Below, piece by piece: positions 1-13,978 of a stretch of DNA of 64,000 nucleotides. A program made the translations under genes and the position numbers. The notes under the pieces were generated by a model. That model saw only the letters and a list, made by a program, of their open reading frames with translations. It was not told the DNA's origin and did no database searches. Source of the DNA: Eledone cirrhosa (taxonomy: Eukaryota); the NCBI GenBank assembly GCA_964016885.1, contig OZ024745.1, positions 70,680,001 to 70,744,000 on the forward strand. The letters are read 5' to 3'. The first letter of the stretch is position 1, and each line of letters starts with the position of its first letter.

Positions 1-2
1 CC

Positions 3-190
<188 letters not shown>

Positions 191-193
<3 letters not shown>

Positions 194-395
194 GGAAAAA
201 GTTTAAGACCCCGACGGCAGAACTCAAGCCGTTTCGACGGCTATTTCTGGACTCGAAGTCCAGAAACAGCCTTCGAAACGGCTTGAGCACTGCCGTCGAG
301 GTCTTGAACTTTTTCCTATGACCCACTATACTACCCTATGTATTGAGTACTCTGGTGCGTTATGGTCCATCTGGTTCCGTACCACACTTCTTCAT
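191..395 (+). mobile_element. Short (TA)n-embedded fold-back element, family A (putative PLE terminal remnant)
   Basis: Inverted arms 191-253/257-319, then a tail ending in (TA)n; related copies at 10511-10661, 11391-11490, 33252-33311, 41668-41856 and 48388-48589. Confidence 0.75.
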
Positions 396-1409
396 TATAT
401 ATATATATATATATATATGAGTTATTCTATTGAACGAAATAATTACTCGACTTATTCTACATTTCAACAATTAAACCTTTATTCATTTTTATTTATGTTT
501 TTTGTCTTGCAAGTCAGCCAATTTTCTTCTCATACATTTTATTCGATTACTTCAGGTAAATTGTATATTTCTCAGTTTCGATATAATTCTCCTTTTTCTA
601 GAATGATGTAGTCTGGTACTCTAAGTGTTATTTGGCATTGTTTTCCTTGGCACTAACGCTCTTTGCTTTGGTTTATTTTTTATCTTTAAAATTACTTTGC
701 GTAAATCTCATTACATATCAAAGAATTCTATAACAGAGCAGTAAAAAAACATGGTAAATAACTTAACGTAAGTCACTGGAATAAAGAAAATTGAATATCA
801 AGAATCATGGGAAACTATTATTTCCTAGTAACTATTTCTAAAATCAACAGTAAAGATACTAATTCTCTATTTGTAAATGTCTCTGAAAGAGATACAACCG
901 ATTCAGTAAATGTTATGCTTTATTCCATGAAATCGTACCTTCATATAATAACATATGTGTGCATACTACAAGTCCTTCTCAAATGTTGATCCAAATAATT
1001 TTAAATGTTCTTTGTCGCAAATATTGACCTCCTTAAGTCTTCCTCTTTTATCATTTTTTTTTTATTTACTTTCAAATTTAAAACTTTTTCTTTTTTATTT
1101 ATTGTTTTTTGTTTTTTTTTACATTATTCATTATTTTATTCATTCGGTTCGATTGTTTTTATTCTATATGCAATATCGATTACATTCAGTTGTTAATTTT
1201 ATCATGAATTCTTTGTTTTGCCTTTCATAATCTCTTGAATGTGGACAATGCATTTTCTTGCCTTATGTATTGAATTGTTACTTCAATTTTTTTTTATATT
1301 TGTATGGTGTGTGTATGTGCGTTTCTTAGAGTATGTGCACACACACACACACATAGACATATATATGTGTGTGAGATAGAGAGAGAGAAAGAGAGAGAGA
1401 GATAGAGAG

Positions 1410-1451
<42 letters not shown>

Positions 1452-2615
1452 TGTGTGTGTGTGTGTGTTTATTTATATGTGTGTATGTATGTATGCATAA
1501 CTCTCGCTCTCCCTCTCTGTGCATGTACTATGCTGTAGAACTGACAGGTGTTCATTGTAAATCTTATGACCATCATTGAACTTTGTAATATTTTTATTAG
1601 TTTAGCCACATATAAAAGTATATTATTTCAGTGGTTACTGTTTGGTACAAGGAACTTGTTTAGTTAAGTGGTGTGTTTTATTTTAAATATTTATTGAATG
1701 AGAAACCAGGAAATAGACTTAGACAAAGTCTATTTCCTGCTAATCAGATAAAAACGACAATCAGAATATGTATATTTGTAAGGCTTTCAAAGTAACAACC
1801 TCTGTCACTTTTCAGTAACTCCTTATATTCAGTGAAGAGAAAGAATAGATGGAAAATATGACCTATAACAGAAAACACTCAGAGGTAGAGGTCTGAGAAA
1901 ATAAGGGAACTAAAGGAGGGATAAAATATATGAATGTTAAAATACACAAGGATCAAAAACATCAAAAATATAACCTAAATATATTTTATGAGGACAGATA
2001 GAACATGAAAAATTTGAGTACCCAATTGCGAATATGTATGATATAGATCAAACTTTTCTTGCAGTTTTATGAGCCCTTAACTCCGGGTAGAATCGTAAGG
2101 GTATAGTGGGTCCATGTGGCATGTCTTGGACATTTAAAAGATGGTGAGCCCATCCCTCTCCAGGTCTAAACACAACACATTTAACCTAGTGAGTGTGAGG
2201 AAGTATCGCACCCTCGGTGATATTTGACAACGGAGAGTAGAGATCCAGATTGAATACAGTGAAGCATTTTGTCCAATGTTCTGCTGATTCTACCAATTTC
2301 CCCACTTACCTTCAACTTATCTAGTAAATTAACTATGGTAAATTAATTCCTCAGTAATTAAAATTATCCCCCGTTTTGTAAGAGTGTTGGTAGTAATTGC
2401 CGCTAGGTTTTTGCTTTCGATTTCCTGAACGGAGGAAAATTTTAATTAATTAACTTGATTATCCCGATACAAACCATTGACCCAGTTGATATACATACGT
2501 TTGCTCATTTAGTTCTATAAATAACATTCATGTGATGTATAGAAAGCTACTAAATAAATATTTACCGATAGCTGAAATGTTCAGGTATAAATATTAGAAG
2601 AGTACTATTGGTAGT

Positions 2616-2901
2616 GTGGAGGCACGTGGCCTAGTGGTAAGAGTGTTGGACTTACGATCATAATGTCGTGGGTTCGATTCCTGGGCTGCGTGTTGTGTTC
2701 TTGAGCAAAACACTTCATTTCACGTTGCTCCAGTATACTCAGCTGAAAATGAGTACCAGCAATAGCTGGAAGTTTAACCCTGCGATGAACTGGCGTCCTG
2801 TCCAGGAGGGAATCTTGTACTCTCAGTCGCTTCACGCCATGAAACCGGGATAAGCACCGGCCAAATTAGCCTTCTGGCTTAAGACAGACTTTAGACTTTA
2901 G
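2616..2901 (+). mobile_element. tRNA-derived SINE (family 2), full length
   Basis: A box TGGCCTAGTGG, B box GGTTCGATTCC, (AGACTTT)n tail, 12-bp TSD ACTATTGGTAGT at 2604-2615 and 2902-2913. Confidence 0.9.
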
Positions 2902-3120
2902 ACTATTGGTAGTAATCATTAATAAAATTATCAATGTAATTGTATACTTAGAATATTGAAGTATGTCGTTAAAAGTGTAGAATAATTACAAGTATGTCGT
3001 TATAAGTGTAGAATAATTACAAACCCACATATGTGTATGTGTTTGTGTATTCAGATTTAGTCAAACTCACACGTATTTATACATACATACTCATGTATGT
3101 GTATATTTATACATACGTAT

Positions 3121-3154
<34 letters not shown>

Positions 3155-3178
3155 TGTATGTATACATACTCATTTATG

Positions 3179-3209
<31 letters not shown>

Positions 3210-3417
3210 CAAATCGACATTTCAGATTGATGGTTTTGCTTGATTAACATATACTAATATATATATATATATGTGTGTGTGAGAGAGAGAGGGGTTGAGA
3301 GAGAGAGAGAGAGAGACGCATATATATTCATATAGTTTGACCACGATGTTTCTAGAAAGCGTATGTTCGCTAACCTTCACCGGAGAATATGGCATGTATG
3401 ACATATCGACTGATATA

Positions 3418-4287
3418 CGAGGTGTGTCAGAAAGGTTCCAGGACTGATGTCACAAAAGATTTATTTCAAACCCAAACTTCACACTAAGAGTTTTCTCCTT
3501 CAAAGTTATCTCCCTGGAAGTATGTAACTGTAATCTTAGTTTTCTGCAGCGATCAAACTTTTTTCTTCATAATTGTATATATACATGTCCTATGTTTCAG
3601 GTTGTCAAGCAATGAGCACAGGGCAACGAACAAACTTGAAGTTTCTGGTACGGTTGGGGAAAACTCCGTCAGAAGCACTGGGATTGTGCAGCAAGTATAT
3701 GGAGATGAGACGATGTCACGCTCACGTGTTCTTGAGTGGTGCAAGATGACCCCAGGAGCGGAAGGCTCTCAACAACCAGGACTGAGGTCAACGTTGAGCG
3801 CATCAGGCAGATGGTGCGTAGCGATCGTCGGCTGACTGTTCGACTGATGGTAAATGAGCTGGGCATGAATCGGGACAGCGTCTGGAAGATTCTCACTGAA
3901 CATTTGGACATGCGGAAAGTCTGCCCGAAGATCGTGCTAAAGCTGCTGAACGATGACCAGAAGGGTCTACGCATGCAAGTGTGCCAGAACATCCTCGAGC
4001 GTCTTGAAACCGAACCAGACTTGCTAGGGACAGTCATCACCGGTGATGAGTCATGGATCTTCGAGTACGACCCAGAGATGGATGAAATCAAAAAGGCCGT
4101 GACGATGGAATTGCGGAGGATCCCGGAAGAATCCTTCCAGGAGTGCATGCAAGCGTGGCAGAAAAGGATGGAAAAGTGCATTAGACTCCAGGGGAATTAC
4201 TTTGAAGGAAAAATCTCTTAGTGTGAAGTTTGGGTTTGAAATAAATCTTTTGTGACATCAGTCCTGGAACGTTTCTGACACACCTCG
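3418..4287 (+). mobile_element. Internally deleted mariner (Tc1/mariner) DNA transposon
   Basis: TA flanks; ~73-bp near-perfect TIRs starting CGAGGTGTGTCAGAAA; transposase remnants inside. Confidence 0.95.
3602..4221 (+). pseudogene. Mariner transposase pseudogene (frameshifted, most of the catalytic domain deleted)
   Basis: HTH region (QQVYGDETMSRSRVLEWCK), DDPRSGR and ITGDESWIFEYDPE joined directly to the C-terminal ...RMEKCIRLQGNYFEG. Confidence 0.9.
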
Positions 4288-4612
4288 TAACTGTTGTCTC
4301 TCATTGTTTTGTATTTACTCTCACATTCCACAATTATAATCTTAACAACAAATACACTGTTTTAGATAAAATGTAAACATTAATTTACTATTAAATCTTT
4401 TTGTAAACAGATGGAAAATTAAAATCAAAAAGACCATAAAATTAAAATCGTACCATTGTAAAAAGTTTAATGTTGAAGTCTAAATCATAATCATAATAAT
4501 AAACATTTTTAATGAACATTATCAAACAATACGATAGAACTCAATCAAGCGAATCTACCGCACACATATGCATGTGTGTGTCTGTGTGTGTATGTATATA
4601 TGTAACTCTCTT

Positions 4613-4697
<85 letters not shown>

Positions 4698-5384
4698 ATA
4701 TATCTATGCATGTATGTGTGTATGCATGTGTATATGTATGTATATGTGTATGTCTGTATGTGTGTATGTATGTCTATACGTATGTATTTATGTATGTATT
4801 TTTTATGTACGTATGTATGTATTGCCTTTTTCTGGACGTGTGATGCTCCCTTTATATAAATAGTGTGTATTTAGTCCTTTATGTAATCCTTCTTGTTTCT
4901 TTATTTTTATTAACTTTTACTTTTTCAACGAAATAGTTAACAGTAGTTTTTGTGGATCCTTTACGTTTAATAAAGTAAAACAAAACAAAACAATATCCTT
5001 CCATTGATTTTTCTTCAGATTTCTCCCAGCTTTAGTAAAGCCATTAGTCAAATAAAAATATCGTAAAATTCACATCTGATGAAATGATTTAGTAAAGACA
5101 GTTGTATTGCCATTTACAAGCTAAACAATAAAGTAAAGATGTTCGGTTTGCATGCCCCCATTTAGATAAGTGGTTTAGGAAATGGGCAAAATCAAAAATA
5201 GATTACTTGTTTTTAAATAGAATCACTTCTAGCATTCTCTTAATGATGAGGAGATATTCAGCAATTTGTTTGAAGAGCTTAGTCCAATCTTATGGGCTAA
5301 ATTTTTTAAATCGATTGAAAGACGTTCTTTTTTTAAAGCGTAGCTACGGTGCTAAATATTATTTAGGTGTGTGCGCGTGTACAT

Positions 5385-5607
<223 letters not shown>

Positions 5608-5648
5608 TAGGAATAACCAAAGAGTGCTTAGAAATACATTGTTTTATT

Positions 5649-5695
5649 AGCTAACAGTGTTTCATCCATACCCTATGACAGGAATCATCAGAGCC
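5649..5695 (-). ncRNA. Minimal type I hammerhead ribozyme
   Basis: Minus strand ggct-CTGATGA-ttcc...ggat-GAAA-cactg-TT-agct, then AATAAA and a tail into (TA)n. Confidence 0.7.
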
Positions 5696-6164
5696 TATAA
5701 ACAAGAGTATATCAATAGTTGCATGCTCCATCAAGCTGCATCACCAGAACAAGGTTAAAGGACCAGCAGGGGGGGTCCCGAGGCCAGCGCTATATAGAAA
5801 AAGACACAATACATGACGCACATAATGTCATAAAATGTCATAAAAAATTACATCAAAAATTGATCACTTAAATGTGCAATAGATGATAAGGAGGTTGGGA
5901 GAGGATAGCAAGGAATGAGTGAAGGTATTACTCAGCATCATCAAACACAATAAAAAAACAATTTAAAAAAAAAAGCATAGATACACCCTGTATTTGCGCT
6001 GCTTGTGCTTTGATGTATCTATGCTTTGCTTTGTTTGAGTACACTATTCATCGACTCCGAAAGGTAAAGTTAACCTCGGTGAAATTTGAGCTTAGAGCGC
6101 AGTCAGCCTAGAGAAATAATGGTTCCTGATTTAGGCGTCAGGCTAACACTTTTTCGGGACAGGT

Positions 6165-6335
6165 AGTAGAAAGCCGATTAAGTTGACATTAGTGTGTTAT
6201 TGGTGCTTTATTTTATCGACCTCGTAATGATGAAAGCCAAACCTAACCTCGGTGGGATTTGAACTCAGAATGTGAAGAGACGTTACTCATTACCGCAAAG
6301 CATGCTATCCAACACTCTACTGATACTGCCAATCC
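6165..6335 (-). mobile_element. Diverged SINE family 1 copy
   Basis: Similar to the reverse complement of 9584-9770 (TTTATCGACC...GATTTGAACTCAGAA...GATACTGCCAATCCAC). Confidence 0.75.
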
Positions 6336-6648
6336 ACATCCCGCTGATGTCCTAACGACTATGTCGATTCGTCATCTAAAGTATTTAAATTTGAATAAAA
6401 AGTGTTTATTTCAACGTATGATATGACTAAATACCATATTTCAACATTTAAGTATCTTAGAAATATGTACATTATATCCTCTTCATTTGTTACCCTATGT
6501 TATGTTAATTTATTGATTTCTAATTTAGGCACAATGGCAGCACATATCTGAGGAATGTTAAAGTGCTACTTTATTTGCTCCGAATGAAGGAAAGATGGGA
6601 ATTTATGAAAAAACATATCTTCACTTCTTTTTCTTTAACGCACTTGTT

Positions 6649-6696
<48 letters not shown>

Positions 6697-9156
6697 CCCT
6701 TCACACACACACACAACGTACACATAAACATCACACACATTTCTCATATCAGTTTGTATCAAATTACAATTCCTAAATCCATGTCAAAAGATTAGCCTCC
6801 AGAAGTAAGTAGTATCGAATTTAGAAGCTCAGATTAACTTAATTGCAGGTAGAAGGGGTAACGTTCGAAAACAAACCAACATCAAATTCTTGAGCTCATT
6901 AAATTTAGAATTTGAATAATAAAAATATAATAAAAATTTAATTTTAAAAAATCATGTTTAAAAGGACGACTACGACATTCCATTTAGGCTTGGGGACAAT
7001 TACTTAAACCTAACTCAAAGTAATCTGCGCGTATAAACAGCAGAAGCACTTATCTTACAGATGTGTTCTGATTTTGAGGCTTCCCTTGCTCCTGTAATTT
7101 AATTCGAGAGAAAGAATACCAAAGGGTTCAGATTTCGTTTGAGATAATTAACGCTTAAAAGTTGTTCTTTGATTTCTTAAATTACAAACCTGCTGCATCA
7201 AAGATCTTCTAGAGTAGCATTAAATGAAATAACACCTCACCGAACCTATTCTTTCCTTGCATCTTTTGTTTAAATAGGAACTATATTTTCTTAATCTGAT
7301 AGAATCTTTACTCGTTATTCAATATGGCGTGTAGTTACTAGCACTTTCAGGTGGTAGTTTATTAATCATTAATGTTGTTTTAACATTGAAATTTGATTAT
7401 TCAGATCGATATCTTACACAAGTGTACAACAAAGGAAGGAAGATTCGTTTAAAAATGTAACGAAAATTATTTAAAATAATACACTAACCAACCCTGGAGC
7501 TGTTGCAGCGTAACATAAGATCAAAAAGAATAAAATGTTCCGGAATATTAACTTCGTCATTTCAATGAATATCAATAATATTTATATCTACATTAAGCTT
7601 CGATGATTATCTCGATATCAGATGTCATCAGCTCTCATATTCCAGGATATGCACTTGACCCTAAACTAATACGTTTGAACTAAGAACTTTTATTACGAAA
7701 CTAAATGTACTGATTCCACTTTCAAAATGGGACATTTTAGTTCACCATTTCTCATTAGGTTTATTTGCCAATCAGACATCAGTCATCTAACAGACATGTA
7801 GGCTGAATTTGTATAGTTCAAAACTGTTTTTCTTTCTCCATTGACCAGCACAATCGGAGCAAGATATTCTTGGTCAATCTCCAAATAGACATGATCGCAA
7901 CGATTAACCGTTATGTAGTTATTTCTCATATTCCAAATATTGGAAATAACCATTCACCATTTCATAGACAATTCATTTGACCTCTTTTCATGATCGATAC
8001 TTACCAAGAAAAATAAACAGAAAATTCCGCCTCAACCTTATTAGGACTCATACGAAGACGTAACCAAATATCATGTCACTTTGTCAAACGCTCTGCTGAT
8101 TCTGTCATTCAACTCTCATTTAGATTCTAATAAGATCTCCACCATAATTTCTGTAAAGCTATTGAAACTCTGTACTTACATGTGTCAATACACTCACGAC
8201 ACATTTCAATACAACGACACAGAAACAATTATTATTAAGTTACCTTACCAATGTATTGTGGATAGACTACACACTAACTCAATATGCTAAAATAACTGTT
8301 TAATCATCACCAAATTACATCTTAAAATGATATAATCGGGAAAATATATGGATTAATCATATAGTCCGTGTCAAAATATGCCTAAATAGCGGGGTGGTCA
8401 TATCTGGAATGCCTTTTATCATTTGTTTGCTCAATCATATCTGGTCTGTGATATATGACCTTGACTGCCAAGAAAGCTCCTGCGCAGTCGCTTGACGTAC
8501 AAGATATAATAACCAAACACTCAAATTATAATATACACTGTTATACAGAGACAGACTGGTCATGGATGGAATTATTTGGATCAGAGATCTGTTAGTACAG
8601 AAACACCAACAACAAAAGTCACAACTACCGTTAAAGGAAACCAGGGAGTAGATGGACAGTATAGAAAGAAGCTTGAGATATTGAGACTACGACGATAGGT
8701 AAACAGACTAATATTGACTCTCAAATATTGAGAATGGTGATCAGTTTGACGAATTATTTCAGTATTTACTACATTAGCCAACATAATCCTTGAACGTATT
8801 GCTGTAATCCATCTTAAATCGATGCTGAAAGAAAAGAGAAGTTAATTGCTGTAACGTCGTTTCTAAGACATCAGGGTGGAGAACAAATTTATATATGTGA
8901 CGTCCATAACATATTTTACTCATTAATCGATTACAATTTCTATCTATACATATGTCTGTCTGTCTATATATATATATCTATATATCTATCTATTTATTTG
9001 TCTGTCTGCCAGTGTGTCAGCTTGCCTGTCTGTTGCCATGTCTCTATCTAGTTATCCATCGATGCATACGTTTATCCGTCTATCTGTAATTCACCTATTA
9101 TTCTGCCTCAATGATTAATTTTACAAATAAATCAATGAATCCACAAGCCCACATTC

Positions 9157-9194
<38 letters not shown>

Positions 9195-9277
9195 GGGGGT
9201 GGAGGGAGGGAGAGAGATATGTAAATCCCGACCGCAGCACCAAGCGGCCTCGGCTTGTGTGTTCAGCAAACCTTTAT

Positions 9278-9570
9278 ATATTAATAAGAACGATGAAGTT
9301 TCGTTTTCATGCATTTAGATTTTTATTGTGTATCGACCTGTCGCATCACCAGTCTGAAGAGCAGATCGATAATGGAGTCGGGTTCACAACTTCTATGGGC
9401 GACCCAGAGCCAATCCACTGCGAAATACGCGTAAGAGGTCGATACACAATAAAAATCTAACTACAAGGAAAAAAAGGAAACTTCATCGTTCTTATTAATA
9501 TGTACACTCTTCCTGTGCATCGAGTTCTTTTGTTACCACCATCAGTAATTCACTGAATCACACACATTAT
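9278..9570 (+). mobile_element. Fold-back element with a hammerhead-like core and long stem II
   Basis: Inverted arms 9278-9339/9436-9501 enclose CTGAAGA-gcag...ctgc-GAAA (9354-9425); bulged hairpin at 9506-9525; ends in TA. Confidence 0.65.
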
Positions 9571-9583
9571 ATATATATAAGAG

Positions 9584-9766
9584 GGTGGATTGGCAATATC
9601 GGTAGAGGGTCGGACACTAATCTTTGACGCATAGAGTTACGGCCCTTGCCATTCTGAGTTCGAATCCCGCCGAGGTTAACTTTGCCTTTCATCCTTACAG
9701 GGTCGATAAAATAAAGTACCAGTAATACACTGGATTAATTGCTGGCCTTGTACCAAAAGTAGAAAC

Positions 9767-9770
<4 letters not shown>
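9584..9770 (+). mobile_element. tRNA-derived SINE (family 1), full length
   Basis: A box TGGCAATATCGG, B box GAGTTCGAATCC, central GCCTTTCATCCTT...GTCGATAAAATAAAGTACCAG; many copies in the window. Confidence 0.9.
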
Positions 9771-9817
<47 letters not shown>

Positions 9818-10336
9818 TCTAGTTTTATTGATCTGTGCTTTCGAAGCTCTTTATGGTGTTTACACATAAGTTATTGTACGTATCCATGTAATGAACATTT
9901 ATAATAATCCCTCAAACTTCCCTCTTATTACTCCTACACATACTCTCTCCTTCCTGTTTTAAATCATATTTTCCTCCCTACCTCTATCTCTCACTATCAC
10001 TCACAACCTCCTCTTCAGCAATCTCTTGTCTTCTTCACCTTTTCTAGTCATCGCTTTATTGTGTCTGTGTGTTTGTTCAGTTAACAAAATAAAGTAACAT
10101 ATGGTCTTGGCTTGTGATTAGTTATATTATTTTATTCTTTTAGTAGCTTGATTCATTGCATGGCGGCCATGCTGGGGCTCCACTTTCAAGATGTTTAGTT
10201 GATCACATCGAAACCAATGTCAATTTATTTCTAACCTGTTACTTATTTTATCCCTTTTTGTTGAACTGCGGGACATCTTCACACTTAAACGCTCACACAT
10301 ATATATGCGTATCTATCTATCTATCTCTCTCTCACA

Positions 10337-10425
<89 letters not shown>

Positions 10426-10510
10426 TATATAATGTGTGTGTGTGTATGTATATGTATATATAATATATATATATATGTGTATGTATATGCATATATATAT
10501 ATATATATAT

Positions 10511-10660
10511 AACGAAGGAAATGTGGTAAGGAACCAGGTGGACCATAACGCACCAAAGTACTCAATACTTAGGGTAGTAGAGTGGGTAATAGGAACAAGT
10601 AGGACCCCAGAATTAGCCGTCGAAATGGCTTGAGCTCAGCCGTCGGGGTCCTACTCGTTC

Positions 10661-10661
<1 letters not shown>
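10511..10661 (-). mobile_element. Family A short element
   Basis: Reverse-complement match to the tail at 300-395; (TA)n on both sides. Confidence 0.75.
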
Positions 10662-10709
<48 letters not shown>

Positions 10710-11357
10710 CAACAGACTTCCACACAGTTGCCAATAAACGTGGGTCTGCGACTATATCTATAACCTATCATCATCATAACCATCATCGATTTGTGTCTAG
10801 ATTTTATTGCTGTCAGAAGAAATGCGTTAGTCTTTGAGACAGGTGGTCACACAATATACTTAAAAGACAAACTATTGATAGGACTTAAAACAAGAAGTGC
10901 AATTGTACATGTGAGCGTATGTGAATGTGTGTGGGATGTGGGTGGGTGTGTGTGTGAGAGTATGTGAGCTTCTGCGTGTGTGTGTTTGTGAATGTATTTA
11001 TGTGTATGTGTTGTGTAACTAATAAAGAATGATAAATAGGGAGAAAGTGGGGAAAAGTGGTGCGTATACAGGTGGTTACATATACGTGGGCGTTTTCTAT
11101 TTCTGACTCATTCATCGAAGAGGCAGTGTCTACTTACAAATCCATCATATACAATGCCATGCCTTATCTCTCTCTGTAACAAAACATTCACATGTCTATA
11201 AATATTGTTTGTGCTCACAGATCGATGAGTTTGTTTATAGATTCTTGAGTGTAAGATGTAATTTCTCCATATTGCCATATTTTGAAACATGTGCATTAGT
11301 ACGCTTACACACACGAAACACACACACACACACACACACACATTCATATGTGTAGGC

Positions 11358-11390
<33 letters not shown>

Positions 11391-11599
11391 GAAGAGAGTC
11401 GGGACCCGACGACTGAGCTCTTGCCGATTCAGCAGCAAGACCTACACATTAGTATCGAATACTCTGTTGGATTATGGTCTTACTTGTTTGAGCTGATATA
11501 TTCCTGATGTCTCTCTCTCACCCACTCTCTCCCTTTCTCTCACACTCTCTCTCTCTCAATATATATATATGTGTGTGTATGTATGCATTTATATGTGTG

Positions 11600-11630
<31 letters not shown>

Positions 11631-11729
11631 ATATATATATAGGAACGATCGACTTTCGTCAAATCGGACCGAGGGAACAATGTTTCCGTTGGTCTTTCCA
11701 ATTGCTAATACTATCTATCGGTCGCAACT

Positions 11730-11839
11730 CCAGGTAGAAGGAGCAACGTGAAATAAAGTGTCTTGCTCAAGGACACAACGCATCACCTGGTCCAGGAATC
11801 GAACTCACAACCTTACGATTCCGAATCCAATTCCCTAAC
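11730..11839 (-). mobile_element. SINE family 2 copy (head and core)
   Basis: Reverse-complement similarity to 2616-2735. Confidence 0.8.
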
Positions 11840-11925
11840 CACTCAGCCACACGCCTTCATATATATTATAATATATATATACTATTTTATATATATATAT
11901 ATATATTATTATATATATATATAGA

Positions 11926-12080
11926 GTAGAGGGTCGGACATGCTTTCCAGCATAGTTACGTCCCTTTACGATCTGAGTTCAAATCCCGCCGAGGTTAACT
12001 TTGCCTTTCATCCTTACGGGGTTGATAAAATAAAGTACCAGTAATGTACTGGTTAATTGCTGGCCTTGTGCCTAAAATAA
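11926..12080 (+). mobile_element. SINE family 1 copy
   Basis: High similarity to 9584-9770. Confidence 0.88.
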
Positions 12081-12175
12081 AATAAAAAAATTATTATATA
12101 TATATATATTATTACTATATATATATATATATATTATATATATTATTACTATATATATATATATATATATATTTA

Positions 12176-12210
<35 letters not shown>

Positions 12211-12589
12211 TGTATACGTTTGGAGGAATTGCAGTCAGTGATTCTGTCTATTTATTTGCTCAAAGCTGGTAATTCACTTTGTCGCCATATAAGTTTAAGC
12301 TAGAAGACAACATAAAAGATCACTGACGAATGTTGAATTAAACAAGAATGTAGAGGTATTGATTCTCTCTTCTGCATGGCGAAGCTCCAGTTGCTTATCC
12401 TCTGGTTTTATTTGCACTGAGACTAAATATATGTGTATTATACATACAGTACATAAAAACGTAGTTTAAAATATTTCACAAGAAGATGTCCTTCAAATCT
12501 ACGAATAAATAATCGCAGATTCATCTAATTATTATTATATTGATATCTTAGTCGCCAATGGAATCCCAAAAGAATCCTATACATGCATA

Positions 12590-12627
<38 letters not shown>

Positions 12628-12704
12628 TACATACATATACACACACACACACATATATATATATTTATACATATAACCATATTCTACTACCCCAAGTATC
12701 GAGT

Positions 12705-13065
12705 AATTAAGCATACGGTGTATTACCAAATACACTATATATACATTCATGTATACATCGTTATTTCAGAGCACCAATTCTAATTTTCAATTTTTGCTGG
12801 ACCGGCAACCGCTCTGTATAATCAGTTCCTGATTATTACTGGAATTCTACAAGAATCCAGCATTCATAACTTTTGAACAGACAAGGAGAGTGCTAAGCTC
12901 TGAGGAATACCAACAGTATGAAACAGAGATATGTCAGCTTATCTCCCTTTGTTTTGTTGAAAAAAGAAGTAAGTGACATAGTCACTACTTTAAAACAATA
13001 GCGTAAGGTCTTCAAAATGCTTTTAATTAAGCATACAGTGTATTACCAAATACACTATACATACA

Positions 13066-13070
<5 letters not shown>
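12705..13070 (+). mobile_element. Hammerhead-bearing short element, family C, with a partial tandem copy of its tail
   Basis: Tail AATTAAGCATAC(A/G)GTGTATTACCAAATACACTAT at both 12705 and 13025; second copy inverted at 63832-64000. Confidence 0.75.
12895..12940 (+). ncRNA. Minimal type I hammerhead ribozyme (GUC site)
   Basis: aagct-CTGAGGA-atac(caaca)gtat-GAAA-ca(gagata)tg-TC-agctt; all three stems pair. Confidence 0.85.
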
Positions 13071-13090
<20 letters not shown>

Positions 13091-13114
<24 letters not shown>

Positions 13115-13350
13115 AGAAAGTGAGGGTTTTTTTTTACAGAATGAAAAATAACCGAGGTGTCCTACACGAGTGAAAGTATAAAGAAAAAAAGATGAAATCG
13201 AAAATACAATTGGAGTCTTATTTTTAAAAAAATATATATATTTATTTGGTTCCTTTACCGGTTTCGCAGTTCTCCTGCTTTCCGAATAAATATATATATT
13301 TTTTTTTAAATAAGACTCCAGTTGCATTTTCGATTTCATCTTTTTTTCTT

Positions 13351-13352
<2 letters not shown>
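13091..13352 (-). mobile_element. Fold-back short element, family B
   Basis: Close match to 63148-63315; internal inverted duplication at about 13178-13246/13286-13352; (TA)n on both sides. Confidence 0.8.
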
Positions 13353-13374
<22 letters not shown>

Positions 13375-13381
<7 letters not shown>

Positions 13382-13905
13382 AAGTTAAATAAAAGTCAAA
13401 TGATTAAAATTTAGCTTCGTTTATTACTGCTATATATATTTCAGTGACAGCCATCTTTGGCTGTGACCTCTTCAGGCAGTTTGAATTAGTATGGTATAGA
13501 CAAGTACATATGTTGTTTAGGTGTATGATATTGTCAATACTCTGATATGCCCAGTTCCTTGTTGGGTTGTTAATTCACTGGGGAACTGGAGTCATATACT
13601 CCAGTTCCCCAGTGAATTAACAACCCAACAAGGAACTGGGCATATCAGAGTATTGACAATATCATACACCTAAACAACATATGTACTTGTCTATACCATA
13701 CTAATTCAAACTGCCTGAAGAGGTCACAGCCAAAGATGGCTGTCACTGAAATATATATAGCAGTAATAAACGAAGCTAAATTTTAATCATTTGACTTTTA
13801 TTTAACTTTATTTTACACTACTCCGGAGTAACCAAACCAACCTGCGCACTTCGTCGAGTGCTCCAGCCTGCATACTGAGGTGTTGGTATACAACCAACAT
13901 AAACT

Positions 13906-13910
<5 letters not shown>
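13375..13910 (+). mobile_element. Young tail-to-tail fold-back element: 218-bp perfect palindrome plus a unique tail
   Basis: Arms 13375-13592 and 13598-13815 are reverse complements with a 5-nt loop; flanked by (TA)n. Confidence 0.9.
13710..13764 (+). ncRNA. Minimal type I hammerhead ribozyme (mirror copy at 13426-13480 on the minus strand)
   Basis: actgc-CTGAAGA-ggtcacagcc(aaagat)ggctgtcact-GAAA-tatata-TA-gcagt-AATAAA. Confidence 0.85.
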
Positions 13911-13976
<66 letters not shown>

Positions 13977-13978
13977 TG

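Noticed and set aside
2616-2690. tRNA gene calls at SINE heads
   Set aside because: A and B boxes are present, but the sequence continues into a SINE body with tail and TSD and no full cloverleaf is evident.
8585-8700. Short Thr-rich reading frame (RSVSTETPTTKVTTTVK...)
   Set aside because: Short, with no homology and no clear splice signals.
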